Shown here: positions 1 through 12,000 of the stretch, piece by piece | How the letters are laid out: each line of letters starts with the position of its first letter | Numbering within the stretch: the first letter of the stretch is position 1 | DNA from: a virus | Taxonomy: Duplodnaviria; Caudoviricetes | DNA: 64,000 bases | IMG/VR virus record: IMGVR_UViG_3300033121_002354 | Location: 49,040-113,039 of that record | Reading direction: 5' to 3' (one strand) | Program-made: the position numbers and the translations under genes | The notes under the pieces: model-generated | What the model was told of the DNA's origin: nothing | Databases searched by the model: none | What the model saw: the letters and a program-made list of their open reading frames with translations, nothing else

Positions 1-270
1 GGAATTACGGTTGTCAGCGTTTCTATAACTGGAGCATTTGAATCTTTGTGGACATTTTCAGATGCGGTTACAGTAGTTGATGCGAATGGTGGAGATTTTT
101 ATATTGATGCTGAAGTATCTCAAAGCATTACTGCGGTTAATAGTACGCAATTACAGATTGTCTTTTTTGATCCAGTTGAAGGGTTAACAACATGGACAAT
201 TACAGAATTGGCATCTGTAGTTGGTGTAAATAGTGACATTATTACTCCTCAGTCAGGAGCAATAACATGA
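1..270 (+). CDS. C-terminal part of a Thr/Ser/Val-rich beta-strand protein (probably virion-associated), truncated by the window edge
   Basis: Frame 1 is open from base 1 to TGA at 268-270, which overlaps the next ATG (ATGA). Confidence 0.6.
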   Translation, partial: GITVVSVSITGAFESLWTFSDAVTVVDANGGDFYIDAEVSQSITAVNSTQLQIVFFDPVEGLTTWTITELASVVGVNSDIITPQSGAIT

Positions 271-1301
271 TATACATATCCAACTTATTAGGGCTTTGGC
301 GTTTTAATAACAGCATGTCAGACGAAGCACTGAACAACGATTTTGTTCTAAACAATGACAACTCTTCTTCACTGGGCATATCTGTTGCTGGCTCTTTTGA
401 CACAATTAGCAAATATGACATATTTAAAAGTAAAAATGTCAACACTAAAGCTCTTGTACTAGAAGATGTTTCTTATGAAGCTACTGATACTTTGATAAAT
501 GAAGATTTTACTATTGCTTTTTGGTATAAGTCTGAGACAGTTATTGGTTTCACAAGAAACATAATCTCTAAAGATTTAGAAACAAAAACGGTCCCTATTA
601 TAGCAAAATCTGATAAGACGACCAATGATTTAAGTGAATCTGTTACAAATTGCTCTTTTTTTGTAATAGAAAGATCGCATTCTTCTACGGAAAATCAAAT
701 TGCTGTAGGAACAAGTTCTACAGGAACCAATATTGTATATGCTTATTCTTCTCCATACACTCCCGGAACTCACTTGGTACTTATAACATATGATTCTTCT
801 AACAACAGGACAAGAATAGACATTGATGGCATTGAAGGAACTTGGACGAATACAGCAGAATTAAATGTATCTACATCAACATTGAAAATAAATTCTATAA
901 ATCCAAACTATTTACACCATCAAGCAAGTGGATTAAGCAGAGCTATTTCTGAATTATATATAAAAAAGGAAATTGCCAAAACACATGAGTCCAGCAGATT
1001 ATATACATATGGCATAGATTATGTAGTTGACAAAACGTTGGCTCGAATGCAATTTGCTAGCTTTCCAATGCTTTTAACACAACCAAGTACAATTACTACA
1101 ACCAGAATTATTGCAGAAGGAAGCAACATATATGCCGCCCGAAGTAATGGTGTCCTGTTAAAAGGAGCACAAAACTATTGGGACACAGAACTAACCTTTG
1201 ATTCAAACAAGAAAAATACCCTTTTAAATAAAAGTGATACAGGTACAATATCCTTTGCTTCTGATGGAGTAACCGTAAATGGAGCGATAATAAGCATATA
1301 A
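267..1301 (+). CDS. LamG/concanavalin A-like domain protein, putative virion structural protein
   Basis: 344 aa; LamG-like motifs LLGLWRFN, FTIAFWYK, HLVLITYD, RIDIDG; TAATG coupling to next gene. Confidence 0.7.
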   Translation: MIYISNLLGLWRFNNSMSDEALNNDFVLNNDNSSSLGISVAGSFDTISKYDIFKSKNVNTKALVLEDVSYEATDTLINEDFTIAFWYKSETVIGFTRNIISKDLETKTVPIIAKSDKTTNDLSESVTNCSFFVIERSHSSTENQIAVGTSSTGTNIVYAYSSPYTPGTHLVLITYDSSNNRTRIDIDGIEGTWTNTAELNVSTSTLKINSINPNYLHHQASGLSRAISELYIKKEIAKTHESSRLYTYGIDYVVDKTLARMQFASFPMLLTQPSTITTTRIIAEGSNIYAARSNGVLLKGAQNYWDTELTFDSNKKNTLLNKSDTGTISFASDGVTVNGAIISI

Positions 1302-4300
1302 TGTCTACTACAATCAATAATATAAGAATAAACAATGTAGATCCAGAGATCGTTGATGTATACACAAAATTGCATCCATTTTTCTCTTGGGATTTTGAGT
1401 CTAACGCTGCAAGTATTGCACAGCACGCTTTTGAAATAAAAATAGGTACATATAACAGATATGTTGGTAGTGAGCTTTTTGAGGGGAATATAGTATCATC
1501 TGTTGTTGAATCTACTGTTTCTAGTTATGAATATACAAACTACGATCTGAAAAGGGGCACAACTTATTACGGACAAGTTAGGGCATGGGATTCAGAATTC
1601 GTATTAGATGTTGATACCAGTCAAAACAGAAAACACCTTTCTAATTGGTTGACTTTTTCTTTCAAAGTTAATCAACTGCCATATGTTACCAACGCAAAGA
1701 TATCACCAAGTCACCCATTTTCTTCCGAAGATTTATCGGTTTCATACAAATATATCGATGCCGATAGTCATGAGGAATTTGGCACAAAAATAAGATGGTA
1801 TAAATTTGGTGTACTACAAGAGTCATTTAATGATCTTCAAACGCTTCCAAGTAAAAACATAACCATTGGAGACACTTGGAGTGCAAAAATAATTCCTTTT
1901 GACGGTCTTGAATATGGAGTCCCTTCAGAAACAAACGCTGTAGAGATAGAGTCTTCTCCAGCAGAATTTACTACTCTCGAAATACTCCCCGCTGACCCAA
2001 ACATTCACGATCTACTGAAAGTCAATTATGAATTTGATAATTCAAATCCATATCTCAATCCAGATAGCGTTATAGTAGATTTTGTGTGGTACGTTAACGA
2101 CGTAGAACAAACGGAGACCGGACAAACTGTTAGATTGTCATTGGCAAAAGATGATGTCGTAAAAGCAAAACTAAAAATATCGTATTTAGGGTCTATTATT
2201 TCAGAATCCGAAACAGACGAAGTAACAATATCTGATGCTTCGTGGAAAATTTTTGATTTAAAAGTGAACGGTTATAAAGAGCCAATAGGTTTAACAGATT
2301 TAGCTCCTTTAGTGACATGGAAAGTATTTAAGTCGCAAGAAACATCAAAAGAGTTGCCAGCTTATTTCAGGCTTCTTATAACCAAAACTCCATCTTTGCA
2401 AACTCCCGTATTTGATACTGGAGCTATAGAATACACAACGAACTCTTATCAAATAGAAGACCTTGATCGTGGACAAACATATTTCGTCCATGTTGGTGTT
2501 GGTGATACTAGCAGCGATCTATTGTATGAAACAATAGAAATTGTCACAAGTGGATCATCTTGGAAAGAGAACGTACTAAACAATGTTGGTTGGACTGTCG
2601 AGTTTAAATTTAAGTTAGTAGATTCAGCCGATACAAATTTTCAATCTGTCTCTATTCATGACGGAACAAAGTTCTGTTTGCTTTCGCTGTACAAAAACAA
2701 AATCAAGTTCTTTTCCGTAGATGAATATGAGTATGACATTCCAACAGAAAATCCATTTACCGAATTTCAGGTCGTAAGAATCACAGGATTTAATAGCGAT
2801 TGCCAATTGTATTTTAATAACAATTTAGCCCTCGATTTAAGTGGCAAACTAAATTCTTTATCACAAGCAAAGAGACTAGAATTTGGAGATATGAATCCTG
2901 CCATTGCAACTTCTGGAGTTTGGAGCTTTTTTAGATATTCTACTTCTGGAGCATTCAACGTAGACACTCTTAGTGATGATAACGATTTTGATTTTTATGA
3001 AGTAGTAAACATTCAAAATGGCTCAATCGAAGATTTCAAGAACGGCTTTATCGCTTGGAATCCAGATTCTTCGAGTGATTCCTCTGTAATATTTACTCTG
3101 AATGAAAATTCAAAAGAGGTAGTACTCCCAACTGTTAATCGCAATTTTTCTCCTATAACATCCATTTTTATAGACAAAAACAACAACAAATATATAGCAA
3201 GTGCTAACGGCATAAGAGCACTGTATGGTTCCAAACATGAACCTGACTACTTTTTAGACACAAGTTTGGGCACTCTGACCATATCGGACTTCGATGTAAT
3301 TTCGAACATAGAAGAATCTGATCTAAGTGATGTTCAGTATTTTTCTAATGATTCTTTGTATATTGATACGACCGCAAGTAATATAAATGAATACGATCCA
3401 TCATCTGTATCTCACACTATTCACTATTTGTCACAAAGAGCACCTGGACATAAGTGGTTTGATAACGTAGATAACGCTAAGGGATGGCAAGTTGAGCTGA
3501 CTTTTAATCTTTTAAAATTAGAACAGGAGCCATTCGTAGAAGATGATCTCACCAAGGATGGAGTGGGAATCTATATAAATGATGGAGCCCACCAAGAAAC
3601 TATAACTTTTTCTCAAAATTCCATCACGTTACAAAATGCAAACATTTTTGTGAATGTGAATGCAAGTCTAACTAGAGTTTACAGAATTGTTGGTCAAGGG
3701 AATAACATAAAAATATATCAACGACTTGCAAGTGTTTCTGCTGGAAACGAACAATTGCTGTTAGACGGGACTGGACTTTTTACAGAAACTGCTACACCGG
3801 CAGCAAACAGCAGAAAACCAAAAATGGCAGTTGACAGTGACAACAATTATCACGCTGTATGGGGAGATGATTCTGGCGGAAAAGGTTCAATTCTTTATTC
3901 TAAATTTAGTGGAGGTGAATGGGGAAAAACCGAAGTCGTAGTAGAATCTGCAGCATTTACTCTCAAAAATCCAGATATATATATAAACACCGACAATAAC
4001 ATCTATGTTGTTTACGAAGATTTGTCTTATAACCGTCCTGAAATAAGTGTGAGCATAAAAGACACTGTAGGATGGAATCCAAAAATACGATTAACAAGCA
4101 TAAATTCCAAGAAGAACGGGCCAAAAATTACCGGAGACAGTTTTGGGAATATTTATGTTGTATGGGAAGATGACCGAAATGGACACTCTGAACTATTTTG
4201 TGCAATCCGCAACAAACAGTTGTTAGCTTGGAATTCTAGTGCTCAATTTGGGAATGATACAAATATTGTTAGTTACACTACTAAAGATTTAAACCTAAAG

Positions 4301-7300
4301 AATAAGTCTGTTGATTTCAGAAACCCATCGCTAGTTTTTGCTTATCCAAAAGTGTATGTTGCATTCGAAGCAGATTTTGGAGATTCATCAGCCATCTATG
4401 TAAGTACGTTTGACATATTGGCAAAAGATTGGTTTTCATCTGGATTTCCACAATTCAAAACCGATGGAACATTATCTGGTACAGGAACTAGTATACTAGT
4501 AAGTGACCTAGAAAGAAATTGTGTTAAACCAGATATTACTACAGCAACAACCAGTCAAGTTGTGATAGTGTGGGAAGACAGAACAGAAAAAGTTGCACAA
4601 ATATGGGGCAAAGCTTTATTTGTTGCAGATGACTCCGAATTAACGCCTGCCACACAAGTAACTCACCGTTCTGTTTCGTGCAGAAATCCGGTAGTGTCAT
4701 CCATTATTCCGAATGATTCTGTTTCTATCTTTTTTGAATCATACAACAAAATCGTTTCTTCGAATGAAGTTATAGACATAATAGGGACTGATGAAGGCAC
4801 AAAAATTGATTACAACGAGCTTGGAGAAATATTCCACAGCTCTTACAATGGTGTATCAGGGATATTTTTCGGCTCCGCTACAGGATTTGATGATGATGTA
4901 GTTTTAACCGGAAACGACAATAAAGCCTTTAATCCTGCAGCAGTCAAAAAGTCGGCTTCAAGCTCTTTCATTATTACATATGACTATTTTAAAAATAGTG
5001 GTGATACAACACTTGAGAGCAAAGAACATCCAGAATTTTATTTAATAGGTGATGCAACAGTTACAGACGACACTGGACTAAATTCTGTTTCTTTTGAAAC
5101 AAATAGCACATCCACAGTTTCTATCCTTAATACAAAAGAATTTGCCATAGGCGATATATCTGATTCATTGTCTACCAAAATGCAAATCAAAAACTTAAAA
5201 ATGTATTTTGGATATAGTGACAAGCCATTATCAGTACTTGCAATAAATGAATCTTCTGCACCAACTTGGCCAGATGACAGAGTTTTCGATGTGTTTGCTG
5301 ACGTAACTGGCGGAATTTTGTCAGGGACATTTTCTGGCTTAACCTATTTTAACACCAAAGATTCGTCTATAAAGTTGATACCCCTTGAAACAGGCAAGAC
5401 CAATTTCACTATTACAGCAATCAATTACTCTAAAAACGGAATATGGTTTGTTGGTACTGATACAGCGGTATACTTTTCAGTTGATGGTGGTCAAAATTGG
5501 TCAAGTCAGGCTTTGGACTACGTACAAGAAATTGCAATGGATAGCAATGGAAATGCTGTAGTTGTAACAGTTAGTGGCATTTACACTATTTCTATTAATA
5601 TTGCTCAAAATACTGTTTCTTCGCTTACTCCTCGTATTTTGCGTACAAACCTAAGAACTGTTGCCGTTGATGAAAATGATATCATTTGGGCAGGAGGAGA
5701 TGACGGATTAATAAGAATTGATGAAAACAATTCTGTCATTTCATTTAATTCTTCTAATGGGCTGTCTTCGAACCATGTTAACGACATAGTTATCGTCAAT
5801 AAGGCAAACAGATTTATTGCAACCGCAAACGGCATAAATAAAATGAGCGGTTTTGCGTTTGAGGCGATAAACACGTCAACTCACGATATAGGAAGCAACA
5901 ATATCCTTAGTTTGGCCTATAATTCAACAACTAAAAGTTTGTGGTTTTCTGCTCTAAATAAGTTGTACGAAATGACATTTAGAGATCCAGGAACAGACCG
6001 CATACCGGATGAAATAGAAGAATATGATACAGAAATATCTTTGAATGAATCATATGACAAATCTACATATTTTATTTTAGATACAGACCTTCTTGTTTCA
6101 GATGGTACTACGCTAGAAATTAATTCAGAATCTTCAAAGGTGTACATCAACAAAAACTTGATTGAGTTTGGCTACACCATTGATTCTAAGAATAAGTCAA
6201 TAGTTTTTGATGCAGATATTAAGCCAGATGACATTGTAGAGATACAAATATCTAATAAACTGAAAGTGTTTAAGGATTTCGACCAGAACAAAATAGAGAA
6301 AGAAATTTCTGGAGAATACAAAACTGTCATTTCAAAGCTTGCTATCACTAGCCAAGGACAGCTTTTAGCTCTTTCAAATTCACAAAATTCTTCTCTTTTT
6401 GCTCACGCAGGCACAGCTAGCATTCCTTTTACAATTACGACCATTGACAGAGATAAACCAGCAGCCTGCTTACAACTAGTGGATCAACTTTCCAAAAGTA
6501 AGTTTAGATTCAAAGTTTTGGCTTCTGATGAAACAACCAATGTAGATAAAATGATTGTTTCAATCTATGACAATTTTACATCCGATGGAGAAACCCCGCT
6601 AGATTATGTGCCATACAGTCAGTTTGTCGTGCAAGATATAGGCGAAACACTAAACGAATTTTCTACTTCCTTGGATATCCCATCTACAGCAACAATAGGC
6701 ACAAATGAATATAGCGTCGGCAAAGGAAAATTTCTAGCTACCCTAACATTTGGTCAAGTAACTTATATATATGCCATTACTAGTAGTCCTGTAATAGTTT
6801 TCAGGATGAATACAGCAGAAGAAGTTTGGACCCCAATATGTGCAATCGCAAATGGTAGTAGCGATATTAAAGTGAACGCCGTTGAAACAGTCAGTAACGC
6901 CCTGTATATCATGACAGGAAGCAGTACTCAATCTAATAGGGGACAAATATATAAATGTGCTGATGGAGAAAACTTCATAACTGTTGGGACTATTGGCAAC
7001 AATGCAAACTGTTTGACCGTAAGTCAGGACAATACAATATTTTTTGGTAACGATGCCGGTACTATATATTCCTATACAAATGGGTCTTTGTCTCAATCTT
7101 ATACAGGCATAGGGGCTACAATAAATTCTTTGGGAGTTATAGAAAACAGTCTAATTGCTGCTACTGGCAATTCTGGAAGACTTTATTTGATAAGCATGGA
7201 AACCGGAGATGTATCAATAATATATCAGTCTAAAGAAACTAATATATCAGATTTGTTAATAAGTGATACAATTTTCATTTCTGGGTCAGATTCCAGCATT

Positions 7301-7420
7301 GTTTATAGTAGTGACTTAAAGGATTTTTCATTCGAAAAAGACTATCAAAGTATTACAGGAAACACTTTAAAACTTTATTCTGTTGACACAACCTCTGTTA
7401 CAGATGTATTAGAGACATAA
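1301..7420 (+). CDS. Giant multidomain virion/tail protein (Ig/FN3-like repeats, lectin-like domains, beta-propellers)
   Basis: 2039 aa; FN3-like LKRGTTYYGQVRAWD; Ig-like PYVTNAKISP..SYKYID..IRWYK; propeller blades VVWED and SNGLSSNHVNDI; Asp-box SVDGGQNW. Confidence 0.75.
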   Translation: MSTTINNIRINNVDPEIVDVYTKLHPFFSWDFESNAASIAQHAFEIKIGTYNRYVGSELFEGNIVSSVVESTVSSYEYTNYDLKRGTTYYGQVRAWDSEFVLDVDTSQNRKHLSNWLTFSFKVNQLPYVTNAKISPSHPFSSEDLSVSYKYIDADSHEEFGTKIRWYKFGVLQESFNDLQTLPSKNITIGDTWSAKIIPFDGLEYGVPSETNAVEIESSPAEFTTLEILPADPNIHDLLKVNYEFDNSNPYLNPDSVIVDFVWYVNDVEQTETGQTVRLSLAKDDVVKAKLKISYLGSIISESETDEVTISDASWKIFDLKVNGYKEPIGLTDLAPLVTWKVFKSQETSKELPAYFRLLITKTPSLQTPVFDTGAIEYTTNSYQIEDLDRGQTYFVHVGVGDTSSDLLYETIEIVTSGSSWKENVLNNVGWTVEFKFKLVDSADTNFQSVSIHDGTKFCLLSLYKNKIKFFSVDEYEYDIPTENPFTEFQVVRITGFNSDCQLYFNNNLALDLSGKLNSLSQAKRLEFGDMNPAIATSGVWSFFRYSTSGAFNVDTLSDDNDFDFYEVVNIQNGSIEDFKNGFIAWNPDSSSDSSVIFTLNENSKEVVLPTVNRNFSPITSIFIDKNNNKYIASANGIRALYGSKHEPDYFLDTSLGTLTISDFDVISNIEESDLSDVQYFSNDSLYIDTTASNINEYDPSSVSHTIHYLSQRAPGHKWFDNVDNAKGWQVELTFNLLKLEQEPFVEDDLTKDGVGIYINDGAHQETITFSQNSITLQNANIFVNVNASLTRVYRIVGQGNNIKIYQRLASVSAGNEQLLLDGTGLFTETATPAANSRKPKMAVDSDNNYHAVWGDDSGGKGSILYSKFSGGEWGKTEVVVESAAFTLKNPDIYINTDNNIYVVYEDLSYNRPEISVSIKDTVGWNPKIRLTSINSKKNGPKITGDSFGNIYVVWEDDRNGHSELFCAIRNKQLLAWNSSAQFGNDTNIVSYTTKDLNLKNKSVDFRNPSLVFAYPKVYVAFEADFGDSSAIYVSTFDILAKDWFSSGFPQFKTDGTLSGTGTSILVSDLERNCVKPDITTATTSQVVIVWEDRTEKVAQIWGKALFVADDSELTPATQVTHRSVSCRNPVVSSIIPNDSVSIFFESYNKIVSSNEVIDIIGTDEGTKIDYNELGEIFHSSYNGVSGIFFGSATGFDDDVVLTGNDNKAFNPAAVKKSASSSFIITYDYFKNSGDTTLESKEHPEFYLIGDATVTDDTGLNSVSFETNSTSTVSILNTKEFAIGDISDSLSTKMQIKNLKMYFGYSDKPLSVLAINESSAPTWPDDRVFDVFADVTGGILSGTFSGLTYFNTKDSSIKLIPLETGKTNFTITAINYSKNGIWFVGTDTAVYFSVDGGQNWSSQALDYVQEIAMDSNGNAVVVTVSGIYTISINIAQNTVSSLTPRILRTNLRTVAVDENDIIWAGGDDGLIRIDENNSVISFNSSNGLSSNHVNDIVIVNKANRFIATANGINKMSGFAFEAINTSTHDIGSNNILSLAYNSTTKSLWFSALNKLYEMTFRDPGTDRIPDEIEEYDTEISLNESYDKSTYFILDTDLLVSDGTTLEINSESSKVYINKNLIEFGYTIDSKNKSIVFDADIKPDDIVEIQISNKLKVFKDFDQNKIEKEISGEYKTVISKLAITSQGQLLALSNSQNSSLFAHAGTASIPFTITTIDRDKPAACLQLVDQLSKSKFRFKVLASDETTNVDKMIVSIYDNFTSDGETPLDYVPYSQFVVQDIGETLNEFSTSLDIPSTATIGTNEYSVGKGKFLATLTFGQVTYIYAITSSPVIVFRMNTAEEVWTPICAIANGSSDIKVNAVETVSNALYIMTGSSTQSNRGQIYKCADGENFITVGTIGNNANCLTVSQDNTIFFGNDAGTIYSYTNGSLSQSYTGIGATINSLGVIENSLIAATGNSGRLYLISMETGDVSIIYQSKETNISDLLISDTIFISGSDSSIVYSSDLKDFSFEKDYQSITGNTLKLYSVDTTSVTDVLET

Positions 7421-7421
7421 A

Positions 7422-8822
7422 ATGAGCAATACAACACTAATTAGTAACAAAAATTTATTGTTTAAGAAGACCGATAACGGTTGGGAATTGGTGTTGAAAA
7501 ATGCCGAAACAATAAACGACGTAATTGATAACAAACTAAACACATTTGGTGGGCTATTTGTTATCTCTGACGGAAAAGTAATGAAGTGGTCCACTTTCGT
7601 TCCTAAAAAGAAAATTTACCTCAAAGTAAAAGATGAGGCTGGTAATGTTAGTGATATTTCTGATTGTTCTGTGGTAAGTCTTGACCTAAAATCAATTAAA
7701 GAATTCAGTCCAAGTTCCAGAATTCTTGACATTGATGAGTACGGCAATGTTGTTTACTCGTATGATTCTCCAGAAGATAACACTTTTTATGGTGGAAACC
7801 TAATTGACACTGAAGTTGGAGTATATGAATCAGAAGTTTTTAACGGGACTAATGACCTGGTTTCTTGGAGAACTATTACTTGGACATCTGTAGAACCAGA
7901 AAACACAGAACTAAACCTTCAAATACGTTATGGTGACAGTACTGACGATATTTTGGACCAAGAATGGTCAAGCAATCTAGTAAAAGACATAGACGGATTT
8001 GTTGCAATAGATTATGTCCGCAAACAATTTATTCAATTTAGAGCAATTCTAAAATCACGAGTAAAAGATATAAGTCCGTCTTTGACCTCTGTTACAATAA
8101 AGAACTTGACTTCAAGGGCTACTCACTTTTTTACTACAAACTTTGTTCTTTCTTCAAGAGTTAAATCTGGACTTTTAACAGATAATCACGTAATACCAGT
8201 AAATGCAGATATCATATATGGCATAAATACAAAGAACAGTGTAGATTTTTCAGATTATCAAATAATTGAACCAAACAGATTGTTTACCACGGATGCCAAA
8301 CAATTTGGAAACAATCTAAGAATTGGAATAAAAATAATTTCTCCATCGTTGCCATTGCCAGTTTCAGAAGACCCATATAACAGCATAACACATGTTTGTA
8401 ACATAGGTTTTAATTTTAAAAATGATACATCCAGTAACAAAACATATGACTTTAGAGTAAGGTTTTATAACGATGTAAACAGAACACAGTTAACGTATTC
8501 ATTCTTCTCTGGAAACAACCAGACAGGATGGACATACGGAGTGAATTCCAATTTTCCAAGTACTGGACTGCCTATTTCGGCAGGCAGTACAACTGCTGTT
8601 TCCTTTGTGCCCGGAAACACACTGGGATCACAGGTTTGGTATTTAGTAATAGATGCTTTTGATGGTTCTGATTTTGGTACTGTGAATGACAACTCTTCAT
8701 ATGTATGTTCGAGTTGTACAGATTCTGAGTATGATCCTTATTGCTCTGAGCAACCCAAAGTAATGAACTTGGCAGTCGTTTTTACCCTGGATTCAGGAGA
8801 ACAGGTGCAATTAAACATATGA
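7422..8822 (+). CDS. Virion-associated beta-sandwich protein, continues the domain content of the preceding ORF
   Basis: 466 aa; KKIYLKVKDEAGNVS Ig-closing strand; GVYES..FIQFRAILKS..SPSLTSVTI beta-sandwich. Confidence 0.7.
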   Translation: MSNTTLISNKNLLFKKTDNGWELVLKNAETINDVIDNKLNTFGGLFVISDGKVMKWSTFVPKKKIYLKVKDEAGNVSDISDCSVVSLDLKSIKEFSPSSRILDIDEYGNVVYSYDSPEDNTFYGGNLIDTEVGVYESEVFNGTNDLVSWRTITWTSVEPENTELNLQIRYGDSTDDILDQEWSSNLVKDIDGFVAIDYVRKQFIQFRAILKSRVKDISPSLTSVTIKNLTSRATHFFTTNFVLSSRVKSGLLTDNHVIPVNADIIYGINTKNSVDFSDYQIIEPNRLFTTDAKQFGNNLRIGIKIISPSLPLPVSEDPYNSITHVCNIGFNFKNDTSSNKTYDFRVRFYNDVNRTQLTYSFFSGNNQTGWTYGVNSNFPSTGLPISAGSTTAVSFVPGNTLGSQVWYLVIDAFDGSDFGTVNDNSSYVCSSCTDSEYDPYCSEQPKVMNLAVVFTLDSGEQVQLNI

Positions 8823-9037
8823 ACTGGTTAAAGTTATCTCAAACACCAGTCGTTTTTTCTGGAACGTATCAACAGTGGAATGGTAGAGACGAAATTGGAG
8901 AATTAAGCGTTCATATAAATGGAAAACTATACAAATTTCTTCTTCATCCCTCAGAAAAAGCACGATTTGAAACACTTTTAAGATACAACAAGGGTCGTGC
9001 ATTAGCGTATTTGCGTCAGTTTGAAAGAACTCAATAA
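8819..9037 (+). CDS. Small hypothetical protein
   Basis: 72 aa; coupled by ATGA and TAATG overlaps on both sides. Confidence 0.6.
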   Translation: MNWLKLSQTPVVFSGTYQQWNGRDEIGELSVHINGKLYKFLLHPSEKARFETLLRYNKGRALAYLRQFERTQ

Positions 9038-12000
9038 TGCCCCTTTTTACCGAACAATACCATTTGGCAAGTTTTCTCCAAGGAGATGTATATTCTAGTA
9101 CCCTTGACGCTGCCAGAATGATTTGCTGTGATAACCAACTGTCTCTAATTAGTGACATAATTCAAGATGGCGTAATTTCTGGCTGGGAAGTGTCTTCAGA
9201 GAATTTTCCAGTAATCACTGTTGCTCCCGGTTCGGGAATGGTAGATGGGTTTTTCGTATCTACACAGAACTCTGTTAATTTCACGCTTGAATCTAATACT
9301 ACATCATACGTATTAATAAAAAGAATTTCTGATCTTACGGTTGCAAATGGATGCGTAAGTGACTTGTTACAAATCATTTACACCGATCTTACTGCTCCAG
9401 CCTCTCCTTCTGGATTGTCGGCTGTGAACAACTATCTAAACTCAAATGCTCCTTCAAATTCCATGATTATTGACCTGTCTTGGAATAGTAATTCAGAAAC
9501 AGACTTTTCTCACTATAACATATATAGAAGTACTAACAATTCTGATTTTGATTTTGTCTCCGAATCTGAAAGCAGCACTTTTTCGGACTCTTTGTTACAA
9601 GAAGATACTACATATTATTACAAAGTGTCTTCGGTAGACACTAGCGGTAACGAGTCTTCTTTTTCTGCAGCCAGCGTAACCACTCCGATAACAACATTTT
9701 TGCCACCGAATCCAAAAAACGTAGTTATCTATCCATCAAATGAATCTATAAGTGTCTGTTGGGAAGAACCAGCAAACTTTTCTACGGATCTAATCTCGAA
9801 CTATTTAATCACATATAGTCTTTTAGACACTGATAACTCTGTAATCTCCACCAAATCAATATCGGTTAATTCAAGTGCTGTCTGTGAAAAAATAACATTG
9901 CTTGAAAATAATCATAAATACCTGATTACTTTATATACAGTTGATACTCAATCAAGACAGTCAACGGGGCTTACAAGTATTTCGATTCCAACAAATGGAC
10001 TAAATGACCCCCAAAACGTTTTAGCGTCTAGCTCTGCAACAGAATCAGCAGCAAATGTAAAGCTCAGTCTTTCATGGACTCCACCAGGAGACGAGTACAG
10101 CACAAGCACAAACTTGAAATACAGAATATACACAACCATTGACAAATATGGAACAACCGAATCACGCCCTGTAGAAACAACAATTGGGCAGACATCTATT
10201 GATTTAAGACTAATAAATTATAGTACTGGATACAGGTCTATTCCTGAGCAGTCTGTTGTTACTACGAGAATAACAACTTTGCAGCTAGATGGGAAAGAAA
10301 GCAAAGGAATACTTGTAAGAACTAAAATAGGTAAGTACACTACCCCACAAAAAGTAAGGAATCCAAATGCGTCTTTTGATTTGAAAAAAATTACTGTTAC
10401 GTGGGGAAATAACTCTGACACTTACAAAGTAAAAGTAACAACATACAAAAAGCAAGCCAATGAGCCTTACAGTGATTATGCGTTTGTTTCTGAGGTTGTA
10501 TTGCAGAATACCAACGTATTTATTGTTGATACACCAGATCTAGATTTTACTTACAAATTTGTACTTACACCAATTGATAAATATGGCACAACTGGAGAAA
10601 GTTCATCTTTGACCATTGATATACCCGCAGCAACTGAACTGCAGGACATATTAGCACCAAACAATTTTGTCGGTTCTGGTTTTGATGGCATTATAAATCT
10701 GAAATGGCAGCGTCCTACAGATGAAAACAATTTAATCACCAAATTTCTTGTGTATAGAGCACAAGGAGAAGGAGTGTTGGACTTTGCAGAGTTTTCTCTA
10801 ATAGATGAGCTGTCTCCTAATATAACTCACTATTCTGATTACGGTGTTGATCCCGACCAAACATACACATATTTTATAGTTTCAGAAGATTTGTATGGAA
10901 GACAATCCTTAAATCCGTCAAATGGATATTACAACATAAATACAGTATCTGTTTCTGCCCCAATTAGTTCGGGACTAGAACCAGTTGTTGGACACGTATC
11001 TTTAGCAGGTAACGATATCGTTCTTGAATGGTCCAATTTGCCAGGTGAAACTTTTGATTCATTTGAAATACTCCGCTCCATAGATAACAGAAATAGCTGG
11101 ATATCTATAGCAACTGTAAACACCGAAGAGTTGACCACTGACTATTCTTATACAGATACCAATATTGCCACAACAAATGGACAGAAATTTTATTATGTAA
11201 TAAGAAAAATAAGTAACAATTCTTCAGTTGTTATTTCTGGAGATTTAACTGAAGAGAACACTCTTTTAATAGCAACTGCGATTACAAGTGATTCTTCTGT
11301 CACTACCAACAACGATGTAAAAAGAAACTTGGCCAATCTTCATGATCCCATAATTGAAAAAACTGATGCATCCCTTCTTCTTCATAGGCATGGTGGTAGC
11401 AAGTCATTTGATCCAGAAAAAGTTGATCTAAATTCAAGCTTGATAGTTACCGATTGGACAACAACAGATGGAAAAACGTGGAAAACTACAGAAGATATTT
11501 CGGAAGGAGAAATATACGACCTTTCTGTAAACAGCGAATTTCCAACCGTAATTTATAAAGTGTTTTCAGATGAAAGCAAGATTTTGTTTGCTGATCCAAT
11601 ATCAACCACGAGCTTGTTGAAGTTAACAGTATATGGGATTAATGAGGTTTCCAATATACTGTCTGTTGACAAGTTTGACAATATACATGCAAGACAAATC
11701 GCTTTAGGGAGATTGACTCTTGATCAATTGCCAGATCTAGATCATAACGGGGTCACCAAAGAACCTATTTACCCAATTAGATCTACTCTTAAGATGTATG
11801 ACACACACACTTATCAATCAAATGCATCAGATAAATTATTTGGTGATGCAACTACTTTTTTTGCTATTACTGATAAATCGGCAATTGTAGAGGAATTTCA
11901 AAGTTTCGATAATTCAACTGTCGGCACAACTGTTTTGTTTAACAATCCAGAAAACGACAGCTACACCATTGACAACATTGTTAGTGGATCTTCAGAAGTT

